A stretch of 64,000 bases of DNA, taken from assembly GCA_963768655.1 (NCBI GenBank), contig CAVYIM010000003.1:160001-224000 (forward strand). The letters run 5' to 3'. This stretch comes from an uncultured Chloroflexia bacterium (GTDB lineage: Bacteria > Chloroflexota > Limnocylindria > Limnocylindrales > CSP1-4). The notes under the pieces were generated by a model. It was not told where the DNA came from, made no database searches, and saw nothing but the letters and a program-made list of their open reading frames with translations. Made by a program: the position numbers and the translations under genes. This document shows positions 25,595-35,141 of the stretch, in pieces; the stretch's first letter is position 1, and each line of letters starts with the position of its first letter.

Positions 25595-26824
25595 TCATCT
25601 CCATGCGAAGAGTGACTTGCCTTTTTGGGACGACTTGTGATCCGCTTCGCGAGGTTCTCGGTTGCTTGTGATGGCCGTTGCCAGACGAAGAACGTCCTGG
25701 GAGACCTGGGCCTCACGATTGCTGAGAACGAACGGTACTCCCCGGTTCAGCGCGTATACGACGGCGCGGCCGTCGCTGACGATGGTGTTGTCTACCTTCC
25801 GGCCGATCGAATGCTCGACATCGGCCACTCTGATCCCAAGCGTAGTGTCGGCCCGGTTCAGGACGAGCCGAATCTTGTCCTCGTAGCCGAGCTTCTCGGC
25901 CACCTCGAGAAAGAGCCTGATGTTCTTGATGCTGGTGATCTCCAGCGTCAGGACGGTCAGCACGATGTCCGCCACGTCAAGGATACCCAGCGTCGTATCG
26001 TTGAACCACGCTGCGCAATCGATGACCACAAGCTCGTAGCTCTGCCGCAAAGCCTCGACCACGCGCTTCACGCCCGTCGGCGTGATCACGTCCGCCATCT
26101 CCGGCGATGGCGGAGCCAGGATCACGTGTACGCCCGACGAGTGGGTGACCGTGTAGGTGCCGACCGCGTCGATGTCGCCGCCGGCGTCGAGGTCCGAGAC
26201 GAGCTCGAACATCGACTTGTCTTTGGGGTTGAGGTTCAGCAGGACGGCAACGTCGCCGAACTGGAACGAGCCGTCGACCAGGACGACCTTCTTGTTCAGC
26301 TCGGTGGCGGCGACGATGGCCAGGTTGACCGCGATGGTCGTCCGGCCGACGCCGCCCTTGGGGCTGAAGACGGCCACGACGGTGCCGAGTTCCCGCGACT
26401 CGGGGCTACGCGGAGGCGCGATCGCGACGACGCGTCCGGCCTTCTCCTTCTCGCGCGAGTAGAGCTGCCGAACCGACGCCGTCAGCTCATCGCTGCTGAA
26501 GGGTTTGACCAGGAACTCCCGAGCGCCGGCCAGCATCGAGCGGCGGAGATAGTCGGCCTCTCCCTGGACCGACATCATCACCACCGAGGCGCTCGGAACC
26601 TGCGAAGAGAGGCGTTCGGTCGCGGTGATGCCGTCCATATCGGGCATGTTGATGTCCATCAGGATCACGTCGGGCAGGAGTTGCGTCGCCTGCGCGATCG
26701 CCTCGGTTCCGGAGGACGCCGCGCCCACCACCTCGATGTCCGGTTCGAAGCCCAGGAGCTTGGCGAGGTGGTCGCGGGTTTCCGGGATGTCGTCGACGAT
26801 GAGGACCCTGATCCGGTCTGCCAT
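25595..26824 (-). CDS. cpaE: CpaE/TadZ-like protein: receiver domain + ParA/MinD-like ATPase
   Basis: VLIVDD..LMDINMP..KPF; SPKGGVGRT. Confidence 0.88.
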   Translation of the reverse strand: MADRIRVLIVDDIPETRDHLAKLLGFEPDIEVVGAASSGTEAIAQATQLLPDVILMDINMPDMDGITATERLSSQVPSASVVMMSVQGEADYLRRSMLAGAREFLVKPFSSDELTASVRQLYSREKEKAGRVVAIAPPRSPESRELGTVVAVFSPKGGVGRTTIAVNLAIVAATELNKKVVLVDGSFQFGDVAVLLNLNPKDKSMFELVSDLDAGGDIDAVGTYTVTHSSGVHVILAPPSPEMADVITPTGVKRVVEALRQSYELVVIDCAAWFNDTTLGILDVADIVLTVLTLEITSIKNIRLFLEVAEKLGYEDKIRLVLNRADTTLGIRVADVEHSIGRKVDNTIVSDGRAVVYALNRGVPFVLSNREAQVSQDVLRLATAITSNREPREADHKSSQKGKSLFAWR

Positions 26825-26851
26825 TGAGTGTCTGTTACTCCAGCAAGTCGC

Positions 26852-26879
26852 GCGAGAGGCCGATTGCTCGGCCTCTCGC
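26852..26879 (-). other. Perfect 12-bp intercistronic hairpin with GCAA loop, no U-tract
   Basis: Minus strand GCGAGAGGCCGA-GCAA-TCGGCCTCTCGC between cpaB and cpaE. Confidence 0.75.
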
Positions 26880-26910
26880 TATCGCATCAGCCGTTGTGCG
26901 GCGGTGCGCG

Positions 26911-27873
26911 TTACCAGGAGAGCTCTTTGGCCAGGTCGGCCGGGATCATCGCTCGCGGATCGGGCGGCAGGACGCCGTAGATCGTCACCAGCTGCTTCAG
27001 GGTGATCCCAGGAGTGGTGACGTCCGGGGCATTGTTGTCCTGATCTGAGCGCAGAGCCAGGCCGAGGGTGATGTAGTTCTGCGGGTCGAGCTTCTCTTCG
27101 CGCTGAGCCCACCGGATGATCTCGGCCTGGTCAGGCTTGACCTCGATCACCACGATCATGTGGGCGCCGGTGTTGGTTATCGTCTGGGCGGTTGCCTCAG
27201 GGACCGGCGTCGGCGAGGCTGCGGCGGCCGCGCCATTCTGGGCGGCTGTGGGCGGCGGGAGAAGCGTGGCCAGGATCTTGACATTCTGGATGACCGTCTT
27301 GGTGGTCACATCCTGCGTCCCGCTCAGCGTGACCTTGAACTTGTCGGTGGGCGTTCCGATGTAGTCCAGGCCGAGCTCATTGACCCAGACGGACAGGATG
27401 ATGTCCACGTGGTCGCCCGGCACCAGGAGCTCGCCGACGCCGTTGACTTGATCGACCTCCATGGAAACCGCGACGCTGCCGGGGTCGATGCCGGACGCGA
27501 GATCCTGGCCCGCGACGAACGTTCCGGGCTGCAGGAAGGACGTGTCGGCATAGAGGATGCTGCCCTTGGTGATGGTGCCGCCGGCAATCTTGCCGATCAC
27601 CTGGTCCGTCGTGGTGTACGTGTCTCCCTGGAGAGCGTCGCGGTCCGAAAGCGACATGGTTTCGGTGGTGACCATGTCCGACGTGATCTTGTCACCCAGC
27701 GCGATGTCCGTCGCGGCTATGACGACCGAGACCTGCGGCTCAGGTGTTGGGGTCGGTGTGCCTTTCGCCCCGCCGCCGGAGCTGCTGCCGCCGGCGACGA
27801 CGATCACCCCGACCATCGCAAGGACCGCGAGGAATACCCCAAATAGAATGAGGAGCCGATTCGAACGCTTCAC
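26911..27873 (-). CDS. cpaB: Flp pilus assembly protein CpaB (SAF domain)
   Basis: N-terminal TM, VVIAATDIALG, PGDHVDII, VIQNVKILA. Confidence 0.9.
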   Translation of the reverse strand: MKRSNRLLILFGVFLAVLAMVGVIVVAGGSSSGGGAKGTPTPTPEPQVSVVIAATDIALGDKITSDMVTTETMSLSDRDALQGDTYTTTDQVIGKIAGGTITKGSILYADTSFLQPGTFVAGQDLASGIDPGSVAVSMEVDQVNGVGELLVPGDHVDIILSVWVNELGLDYIGTPTDKFKVTLSGTQDVTTKTVIQNVKILATLLPPPTAAQNGAAAAASPTPVPEATAQTITNTGAHMIVVIEVKPDQAEIIRWAQREEKLDPQNYITLGLALRSDQDNNAPDVTTPGITLKQLVTIYGVLPPDPRAMIPADLAKELSW

Positions 27874-28034
27874 AACGTCTCTCCCGAGGGCATGTGACAG
27901 GAGTCACCACAGTAGCCTTGCGGTGTACCTAAACGCGACTATACCAATGGGCTAGGCCGGCTAGGAAGGTTTCTCCGCAATTACGCCGCCGATCGAGGGG
28001 ATTCGAGCGTGATCGGCGGCGTTCAGAGGGAACG

Positions 28035-28064
28035 AAAAAGGGCCGCGCCAGAGGCGCGGCCCTT
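28035..28064 (-). terminator. Intrinsic terminator after Flp pilin
   Basis: Minus strand AAGGGCCGCGCC-TCT-GGCGCGGCCCTTTTT. Confidence 0.85.
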
Positions 28065-28084
28065 AGTTTGTCGCAGAGCAGCGG

Positions 28085-28225
28085 CTACAGGCTGTGGCCG
28101 ATGGTGCTGAGGATGGTGTCGATCTGGCCGCTCAGGAAGAGCAGAGCGGTGATCGCAAGGATCGCGATGAGCGCGAGGATCAGGGCGTACTCCGCAAGAC
28201 CCTGGCCCTTAGACCGGAGAAGCAT
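28085..28225 (-). CDS. flp: Flp pilin, 46 aa (absent from ORF track)
   Basis: AGGAGG then MLLRSKGQGLAEYALILALIAILAITALLFLSGQIDTILSTIGHSL; G/xxxxEY motif. Confidence 0.93.
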   Translation of the reverse strand: MLLRSKGQGLAEYALILALIAILAITALLFLSGQIDTILSTIGHSL

Positions 28226-28466
28226 CGATGGCCTCCTGATGAGAACGGCCTCCAATGAGAGGATGTCCAGTATTCTGAGAGCTGGGGATCGGCGGAGCCA
28301 CTAGCAAGATGGTAATGGGACCGGCCCGGAGTCCACCTCTCCGCACTGTTGCCGGCGCCCTCGAGCGCCCGTCCCGGCGCTGACGGGCAACGGGCTGTGG
28401 GCAACTCGCCCGGCCGATCCCGCGCCCCCGCCGAGCCGATCCCGCGCCCCCGCCGAGCCCGCCAGC

Positions 28467-28643
28467 CTAGACGGCGGACGCGATCAGGCTCAGCAGCGAA
28501 GACAGCTCGTCGCCGAAGAAGAGCAGCGACCCGATGCACACGACGACCGCCAGAACGAGGATTAGCCCGTACTCGACGAGCCCCTGGCCGGCCTGGCTTG
28601 CGGCGCTCGGCCGCCGGAACCGGGCCGAGTGGTCGCGGGTCAC
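28467..28643 (-). CDS. flp: Second Flp pilin, 58 aa (absent from ORF track)
   Basis: GTG overlaps kinase stop; ...QAGQGLVEYGLILVLAVVVCIGSLLFFGDELSSLLSLIASAV. Confidence 0.88.
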   Translation of the reverse strand: MTRDHSARFRRPSAASQAGQGLVEYGLILVLAVVVCIGSLLFFGDELSSLLSLIASAV

Positions 28644-29824
28644 CGAGTGGCCAGCACCAGCACGAGCTCACGGCCGTCGTCGACGAGCTCGGCTGCGACC
28701 CCGATGGTGTCGGCCCGCTGCTGAACCTCGCGCCACGTCGAGGCCGGAAGGGCGAGGACCTGGGATTGCCTCTTGGTGCTGCGCGCCGCGGCGGCGCCGG
28801 CGCGCTGCTCGTCGATCATAGCCCGCAGCGCCTCGGGAATCTCGCGGTCCCCGCCCTTGCCGCGCTTCTCCCCGTTGCCCGCCTCCTCCTCCGGTTCCTC
28901 CTCTTCAGCCGGCTCGGCACCTTCGCGGCGGGCGGCGACGTGAGCCTCGGTCTTGCTGTCTGACCACTCGATCTTGATCGAGATCAGGTCCGGGTGGCAG
29001 GAGAGGAACCCCGTGATCGTCTCGTCGATGATGCGAAAGAGCGCGCTCTCCACGTCCATCGGCAGGCGGCGGTCGGTCCCGTATGAGTCGAACTCGATCG
29101 GGACCTGCGAGCGCCGGCCGCGATCGCGGGCGACACGCCGCAGCGTGGGCACGAGTCCGAGATCATCGAGGACCATCGGCCGGACATCGAAGATGAACGT
29201 CTTGGTCGCGTCCAGGGTGTGCTGGACCATGCCGACCAGCTGACCGATCTCCGCCTTGGCCTGGGCAGGGTCGCGATCGAGCAGGCGCTCGACGATCTGC
29301 GCCTGGAGGACGATATTGGTCAGGCTCTGGGCCGGGCCGTCGTGCATGGCCCGGGCGATGTCCCGGCGAAGGTCCTCCTGCGCCGCCAGGACCAGACGCG
29401 ACACGGCCGGTGGGAGCGGCGTGCTCGTGTCCAGCTTGTCGGGTGTGTGTTGGGGCATCGCACCGCCCATCGAAGCGCGGTCGAGCTCCGAGCTGTAGCG
29501 GCGCAGGCTCTCTCGGAAGCGAGACAGGACCTTGAGCTTGCCTTCGAGAATGTCGACCTGCGCCTCCATGATGGCGGAGCGCCGGGTCAGGGCCATCAGC
29601 TGGTCGGTCTGCTGGGCGTCGTCGCTGTCGGGGTTGTAGCCGGCCGCGGTCTTGAGCTTGTCGGCGGACTGCGCGCGCTTCGTCTCGTGGCGTGAGGCCT
29701 CGGTTCGAGCCTGCTGGACGAGCAGCTCGATCTCGCCGATCTCCCGGGTCAGAAGATCGACCTCACGTCTCGCCCGCTCCGCGATCTCGAGCAGCGGCAG
29801 TGGGAGTGGCTCGGGGGCAGTCAC
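28640..29824 (-). CDS. DegS-like soluble HisKA_3 protein with degenerate ATPase domain
   Basis: ARAMHDGPAQSL and RPMVLDDLGL retained; N box and G boxes not recognisable. Confidence 0.8.
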   Translation of the reverse strand: MTAPEPLPLPLLEIAERARREVDLLTREIGEIELLVQQARTEASRHETKRAQSADKLKTAAGYNPDSDDAQQTDQLMALTRRSAIMEAQVDILEGKLKVLSRFRESLRRYSSELDRASMGGAMPQHTPDKLDTSTPLPPAVSRLVLAAQEDLRRDIARAMHDGPAQSLTNIVLQAQIVERLLDRDPAQAKAEIGQLVGMVQHTLDATKTFIFDVRPMVLDDLGLVPTLRRVARDRGRRSQVPIEFDSYGTDRRLPMDVESALFRIIDETITGFLSCHPDLISIKIEWSDSKTEAHVAARREGAEPAEEEEPEEEAGNGEKRGKGGDREIPEALRAMIDEQRAGAAAARSTKRQSQVLALPASTWREVQQRADTIGVAAELVDDGRELVLVLATR

Positions 29825-29831
29825 CGGGGGA

Positions 29832-30575
29832 TCAGTCCTCCGGCATTCGGATCCAGCCCTGGCGCATGGCGTACACGACGGCCTGGGTTCGGTCGTTGAC
29901 GCTGAGCTTGCGCAGGATGCTGGACATGTGGTTCTTGACGGTCTGCTCGCTGATGGACAGGGCATAGGCCACCTGTTTGTTGGTCATGCCCTGAGCGATG
30001 TTGTCGAGTATCTCCACCTCACGAGGAGAGAGCGGGGCGAAGATCGGGGCGGCCTCCTGGCCGTAGATCGCCAGCTCGCGGAACTCCTTGAGAACCCGGC
30101 TGGCGACGGCCGGCTTGGCGAAGACCTTGTCGTTGATCAGATACTCGCCGGCCGCGACGCGGCGGATGATCGCGACGAGATCGTCCGGGGCGACGTCCTT
30201 GAGGATGAAGGCGGCAGCGCCTGCCTTGATGGCGTCGAAAAGGGCATCCTCGTCCTCGCTGACGGCCAGGACGATGATCCCCGCCGACGGCAGTTCGCGT
30301 TTGATCCGCTGGGTTGTCTCGATGCCGCCCGGGGCCGGCAGGGACAGGTCCATGAGGATGATGTCGGGCGAGAGTTGCACTGAGAGGTCGAAGGCGCCGC
30401 GAGTGTCGTCCGCCTCTCCGACGATGTCGAATCCGGGCTCCTTTTCCAGGATGTTGCGTACTCCCACCCGGAAGAGGGCATGGTCGTCGACGAGAAGGAT
30501 CGTCGTCTTCTCGCCGCTTCGTGCGGGCGTCCCCGGCCGTCGCCGATCCGGCCCGGTGTAATCCATCGAACTCAT
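29832..30575 (-). CDS. NarL/DegU-like response regulator
   Basis: LVDDH, LMDLSLP, LSPREVEIL, TVKNH. Confidence 0.93.
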   Translation of the reverse strand: MSSMDYTGPDRRRPGTPARSGEKTTILLVDDHALFRVGVRNILEKEPGFDIVGEADDTRGAFDLSVQLSPDIILMDLSLPAPGGIETTQRIKRELPSAGIIVLAVSEDEDALFDAIKAGAAAFILKDVAPDDLVAIIRRVAAGEYLINDKVFAKPAVASRVLKEFRELAIYGQEAAPIFAPLSPREVEILDNIAQGMTNKQVAYALSISEQTVKNHMSSILRKLSVNDRTQAVVYAMRQGWIRMPED

Positions 30576-31687
30576 GCGCTCTCCTCTCCCACTGGAATCG
30601 ACAGCCAGACGACGGTCCCACCGCCCGGCCGCGACCGAACCTCGAATTGGGCACCGATGAGCTCTGCCCGCTCTCGCATGAACTGGAGCCCGAAGTTGCG
30701 ACGGCCTCGCGCTGCGACGGTACCGACGTCGAACCCCCGACCGTCGTCGCTGACCTCCAGAATCCAGTTCGATGCGTCGAGCTTAGTGGACACTACGGTA
30801 TGGCTCGAGCCGGCGTGCTTGCGGACGTTCTGCAGCGCCTCCTGGACAATTCGCAAAACGGCTGTCTGCTGGCTCGAGTTCAGCTGTTCGCCAGGCGCGC
30901 GCAGGTCGGTCGCGACCGTGGCGCCGGTCAGCGCGGCCATGCCCTCGACCGCGTCCATGATCGACCCGTCGAGGCCGAGCTCGTCCAGGAGCGGCGGTCG
31001 GAGCTGGCTGATGAAGGTTCGGACCTCGCCCAGCTCGCGGCGCAGCAACTCTCGCAGGAAGCGCAGCTCGTTGTGGGCGACGCGGGTGTCCTCGTCGAGC
31101 ACTCTCTCGATGTACTCGACCTGGAAGATGGCGTTGGACAGAGCCTGGGCCGGCCCGTCGTGGACTTCCTGGGCCAGGCGCGAACGCTCCGCCTCCTGGG
31201 CCTGGACGATGCGCATCTGCAGATCCGTGGGCAGGCCCGAGTTGGCGACTTCGGCCAGCAGGCTGGCGTCGCCGCGCTCGAGGAAGAGCCAGGCATTTTC
31301 CATGCTCCGGACCGAAAGCTCGAGCTTGGAGAGTTCCTGCTGGTGCTTGCCCAGGTCCCCGGTCTGGCGCTCGACGTCGGTACGCATCGTCTTCTGACGG
31401 GCATCCTCGGCGCCGGCTTCAGCCGCGGATGCCGCGTCGCCGTCCTCGGTCGCCAGGAACGGGGCGCGATCGGCGGCATCGACGAGGTCCCGCAGGCGGT
31501 GCCAGCGGGCGAGCGAGTCGCGGTAGGCCTCGCGGTATCGCTCCGTAACGGAGCGGAGGCTGTTGGCGCCGTAGCCCAGCGTGGACTTCGCTTCGGCGTA
31601 TAGCTCGTCGAAGCGCGGGTCACGCAATTCTGCGGCGCCGCGGGCAGCGTCCATATCGGCCTGAGTATACGGGGCGACCTCCATCAA
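30572..31687 (-). CDS. DegS-like soluble histidine kinase
   Basis: LAQEVHDGPAQAL, QEALQNVRKHA, DDGRGF, GLQFMRERA, GGGT; no TM helix. Confidence 0.92.
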   Translation of the reverse strand: MMEVAPYTQADMDAARGAAELRDPRFDELYAEAKSTLGYGANSLRSVTERYREAYRDSLARWHRLRDLVDAADRAPFLATEDGDAASAAEAGAEDARQKTMRTDVERQTGDLGKHQQELSKLELSVRSMENAWLFLERGDASLLAEVANSGLPTDLQMRIVQAQEAERSRLAQEVHDGPAQALSNAIFQVEYIERVLDEDTRVAHNELRFLRELLRRELGEVRTFISQLRPPLLDELGLDGSIMDAVEGMAALTGATVATDLRAPGEQLNSSQQTAVLRIVQEALQNVRKHAGSSHTVVSTKLDASNWILEVSDDGRGFDVGTVAARGRRNFGLQFMRERAELIGAQFEVRSRPGGGTVVWLSIPVGEESA

Positions 31688-33480
31688 CAGACGATCCGGA
31701 ATGCGCGTATTTGAAACAACGGAGAACCTCTCGGAGGGGAGTTACCCGAGTCGTCGGTCAGCTGAACCTCGCGGAAGCATTGTGTGCCCGGGCCGCCGCC
31801 GTCCAGGATCGCCGGCCACTCCCCGCCGTCGTCGGTTGGGATCACGACGAGCAGCTTCGACCCGAAACGGCGAGCCAGGGCCGAGACGGCCTGAGGCGAT
31901 TCCTCGGGCAGGGCCAGCGCGGTGACGTGCGCCGTCTCCGCCAGCCAGATCGGGTTGTCGGTGATGACCGGGGCATTGGCCGCCAGCGGGACGCCGGCGC
32001 GGTCCAGCGCCGCCGGCAGGGCTTCGAAGCGGGCCCGGGTCGTGTCGGCTGCGCGATCGAGTGAGACCACCGACACGAACAGCAGCGGCACGACGACGGC
32101 GGTCGCCAGCGTGGGACCGAGCCATGCCACCGGCCGCCACCAGTGGCGCAGTCTTCCGATCCAGGCGATGAACGCGTCCAGCGCCACCAGGAAGCTGACG
32201 ATCAGGAGAACGTAGATGGCTCCTGCCGCATGCAGGAACGTGCCCCAGATGGTGCTGACCGGGAAGACCAGGCTCGTGACCAGGAAGGTGATGACGGCCA
32301 GCACGACGAGGGGCCGCAAGGCGTAGAGGCGGGCACATCTCGGCAGCGTCAGCAGGCCGAGGAATCCGACCGGGAAGCCCGGCACGATCAACACCTCGAC
32401 GAGGTTGTGAAGGATGCCGGTGACGCGCATGCCGATGAGCGCCGCCGGACCCTGGGCCAGATAGTTGGCGAGGGTCGGCTGATCCTGGTAGGCGTAGATG
32501 TCGGTCGGGTTGACCGACAGTGCGTTGGCGAGGGTCTGGCCGGGCAGCGGGCTGCCGAACGCGAGCCAGTCGCGGACGGCCCACGGGGCGAAGACGAGGG
32601 CGGCGACGGCGGCCGGTACCGCGACCAGGCGGAGGCGCTCGAGACGGGACGGCCGCGCGCCGGGCGAGCCGGCGTCGCCGGCGGCGGTCAAGGTCCAGCG
32701 CCAGGCGACGACGAGCCAGGCCAGCCCGAGCCACACGGCCTCGCTGCGGGTCAGACCGGCGAGGCCGATGAGCAGCCCGAGGCAGACCAGCCGGCGGTCG
32801 AACTGGCGGACAAGACGGAGGCCGACGCGGCGAACGGAAGGACAAACGCCAGGGCGGTCGAAGGGACGGTCACCTCCGGCCGGGCGGTCGGAGAGCCTGC
32901 CCCCTTCGCCAGGTCGGCCACCTTCGGGCGTCCGCGCCTCGATTCGCGTCATGAGGAGGCACGCTGCCAGAGAGAGCGCGGCAAAGAGCGCCGTGGAATT
33001 GGGGAGCATCCCGTACACGACCAGCGGCCCGAGGAGGCACGCGACCACGCCCGTGCCGGCCGCCAGCGTGCGTGCCCGCCCCACGGGCAGCTTCATCTCA
33101 GCGGCCACGTCGGCGCCGAGCCGCCACGCCAGCGCGGCTCCGATCGCGCTCACGACAACGGAGAACACCTGAGCGGCGCGGAACCAGTTCGCGGCGCCTG
33201 CCAGCCAGACGGGGACGGCGGCGAGCAGCGTGGGCAACGGCAGCCACACCTCGAACGCGGCCCGCGGCACTTGCAGGGGTGGGGTCCCGTAGCTCCACAG
33301 GGCATCGCTCACCAGGCCGCGCCCCTCGACAAGGTTGCGGGCGACGCCGGCGTAGTACACGGTGTCCTCCGGGACCGGGAAGCTCAAAGTGGCTGCGGCC
33401 ACGGCCCGGACGGCCGCGGCCAGGGCGAAGATGACGCCGGCGCTCAGCCAGGCCTCGCGGCGGCCGGGACGGAAGCTCAC
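31684..33480 (-). CDS. GT-C-like membrane glycosyltransferase
   Basis: PEDTVYYAGVARNLVEGRG, WLPL, LAGLTRSE, WGTFLH; many TMs. Confidence 0.75.
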   Translation of the reverse strand: MSFRPGRREAWLSAGVIFALAAAVRAVAAATLSFPVPEDTVYYAGVARNLVEGRGLVSDALWSYGTPPLQVPRAAFEVWLPLPTLLAAVPVWLAGAANWFRAAQVFSVVVSAIGAALAWRLGADVAAEMKLPVGRARTLAAGTGVVACLLGPLVVYGMLPNSTALFAALSLAACLLMTRIEARTPEGGRPGEGGRLSDRPAGGDRPFDRPGVCPSVRRVGLRLVRQFDRRLVCLGLLIGLAGLTRSEAVWLGLAWLVVAWRWTLTAAGDAGSPGARPSRLERLRLVAVPAAVAALVFAPWAVRDWLAFGSPLPGQTLANALSVNPTDIYAYQDQPTLANYLAQGPAALIGMRVTGILHNLVEVLIVPGFPVGFLGLLTLPRCARLYALRPLVVLAVITFLVTSLVFPVSTIWGTFLHAAGAIYVLLIVSFLVALDAFIAWIGRLRHWWRPVAWLGPTLATAVVVPLLFVSVVSLDRAADTTRARFEALPAALDRAGVPLAANAPVITDNPIWLAETAHVTALALPEESPQAVSALARRFGSKLLVVIPTDDGGEWPAILDGGGPGTQCFREVQLTDDSGNSPPRGSPLFQIRAFRIVC

Positions 33481-35141
33481 GGCGTCGCTCCTGTCGCGCA
33501 GCGAGTGTCACCGGCGGTCGTACAGATCGGGAAGATCGCCAGAGCCGGCGCGGCGTCCGCCGCCTGATCGCCCGTTTCGGGCCCCGTGTACGGCACCGTG
33601 AAGATCGGCGCCCCGATCCAGTCCGGCCGCGGCTTCATCTCCAGGATCGGGATGAGCGGGGTCACGATGTGGGCTCGCTCCAGCACCAGCCAGCGCGTGC
33701 CGTAGTCGACGGCCACCTCGTGGATCACATCGAGCGAGTCGTTGGGGGTGACGACGCCACCGTGGCCGGTGAAGTACTCGAACCCGGCCGGATCGGCGCT
33801 CAGGAGCAGGTCGGTCGGCGGGGCCCCGGCGTGATCGAGGGCGGCGCCGGCGTCGAGCCGCAGGGTGCGGTCCTGATCCCATGACCGCCCGGCCAGGAAC
33901 GCGAAGGCGCCGGCGTTGAGCGCGATCGTGATCACGGCGGCGATCAGGAAAAGCCGGGCGGCGCGGTCCTCCTGCCAGCCACGTCTGTGCCGGGCGGCCC
34001 ACGCCGCCACGATCGCGACCCCCTCGAGCCCGGCGATGAAGGTGTATGGGATCAGCGCCTCGGCCGAGTGGAGGAAGGTCCCGTAGGGCACGTGGACGGC
34101 GAAGACCAGTCCCGAGGCGCCGAAGAGCAGGCCGGCGTAGAAGAAGAACGGCTCGAAGTCGATCGATCGGCGGCGTTCCCACCAGCCCAGGAGCACGAAC
34201 GGCACCAGCACGACCGAGCAGGCGATGACGGAGAAGATCTGGATCGCCGCGACGAACCCGAGGATGCGGCTGGTCAGCAGCGGCCCGACTCCCTGACCCA
34301 GGAAGGCCGTCAGCGAGGTGTCGGACGTGACGCTGTTCATCTGCTCGTAGTTCGCGATGAGCAGGATTTGGCCCGAGGTCGACGATGGCGAGAGGCTGCC
34401 GAAGACGGCCAGCTGGCGCAGATACCACGGCGCCATGACCACGAGGAAGAGGCCGAAGCAGGCGAAGGCGTAGCGCCATGGGATCGCCGGCATTCGGCCG
34501 CCTTTCGAGCGCCAGGCCCGCCAGCGATCCCACAGGAATGCGATCCCGACGGCGGCACCGAGCAGCACGCCGTCGTTTCGGGCCAGGGTCGCCAGGCCGA
34601 CCATCAGGCCCGCCAGCGCGAACGATCTGCGGTGGCCCTTGAGGCCGCGGGCGGTCAGCCACAAGGCGGCCGTGCCCAGCGGCTGGTAGAGGGCGAAGTT
34701 GTCGGGCTGGGCCATGTAGATGGCGGCGGCGGCGGGGAGCGACACGGCTATCGCGGCTGCCACGGCGATCCGATCGCCCGCCCCGACTTCCCGGGCCAGG
34801 AACCAGGTCATCGGCGCCGCCAGCGCCCCGATCACGAGGAACGGGATCGCCGATGCCAGCGAGGTGGGTCCGAGCAGCCACATCGTCGGCAGCTGCACGA
34901 TCGACGCGAGCGGCATCCAGTGGGCGTTGCTCGGGATCGGCAGCATCGGCTGGGCCGGGATTCGGCCGCCCACGTCCACGAACGACCAGATGAAGTCGAT
35001 GCTGAAGCCGTGGCCGGCCAGCAGAGCGCGGGCCACGTCGACGTAGTAGTAGGAGTCCGGATAGGCCGCGTCCGCGTGCACGGCGAACAGCACGGCCCGG
35101 GCCGCCAGCGCGAACGCATACAGAGCGAAGGGGATCCGCAC
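33477..35141 (-). CDS. GT-C-like membrane glycosyltransferase
   Basis: PDSYYYVDVARALLAGHG, WMPL, LATLARND, YGTFLH; GTG start 8 nt after TACGCT. Confidence 0.75.
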   Translation of the reverse strand: MRIPFALYAFALAARAVLFAVHADAAYPDSYYYVDVARALLAGHGFSIDFIWSFVDVGGRIPAQPMLPIPSNAHWMPLASIVQLPTMWLLGPTSLASAIPFLVIGALAAPMTWFLAREVGAGDRIAVAAAIAVSLPAAAAIYMAQPDNFALYQPLGTAALWLTARGLKGHRRSFALAGLMVGLATLARNDGVLLGAAVGIAFLWDRWRAWRSKGGRMPAIPWRYAFACFGLFLVVMAPWYLRQLAVFGSLSPSSTSGQILLIANYEQMNSVTSDTSLTAFLGQGVGPLLTSRILGFVAAIQIFSVIACSVVLVPFVLLGWWERRRSIDFEPFFFYAGLLFGASGLVFAVHVPYGTFLHSAEALIPYTFIAGLEGVAIVAAWAARHRRGWQEDRAARLFLIAAVITIALNAGAFAFLAGRSWDQDRTLRLDAGAALDHAGAPPTDLLLSADPAGFEYFTGHGGVVTPNDSLDVIHEVAVDYGTRWLVLERAHIVTPLIPILEMKPRPDWIGAPIFTVPYTGPETGDQAADAAPALAIFPICTTAGDTRCATGATP

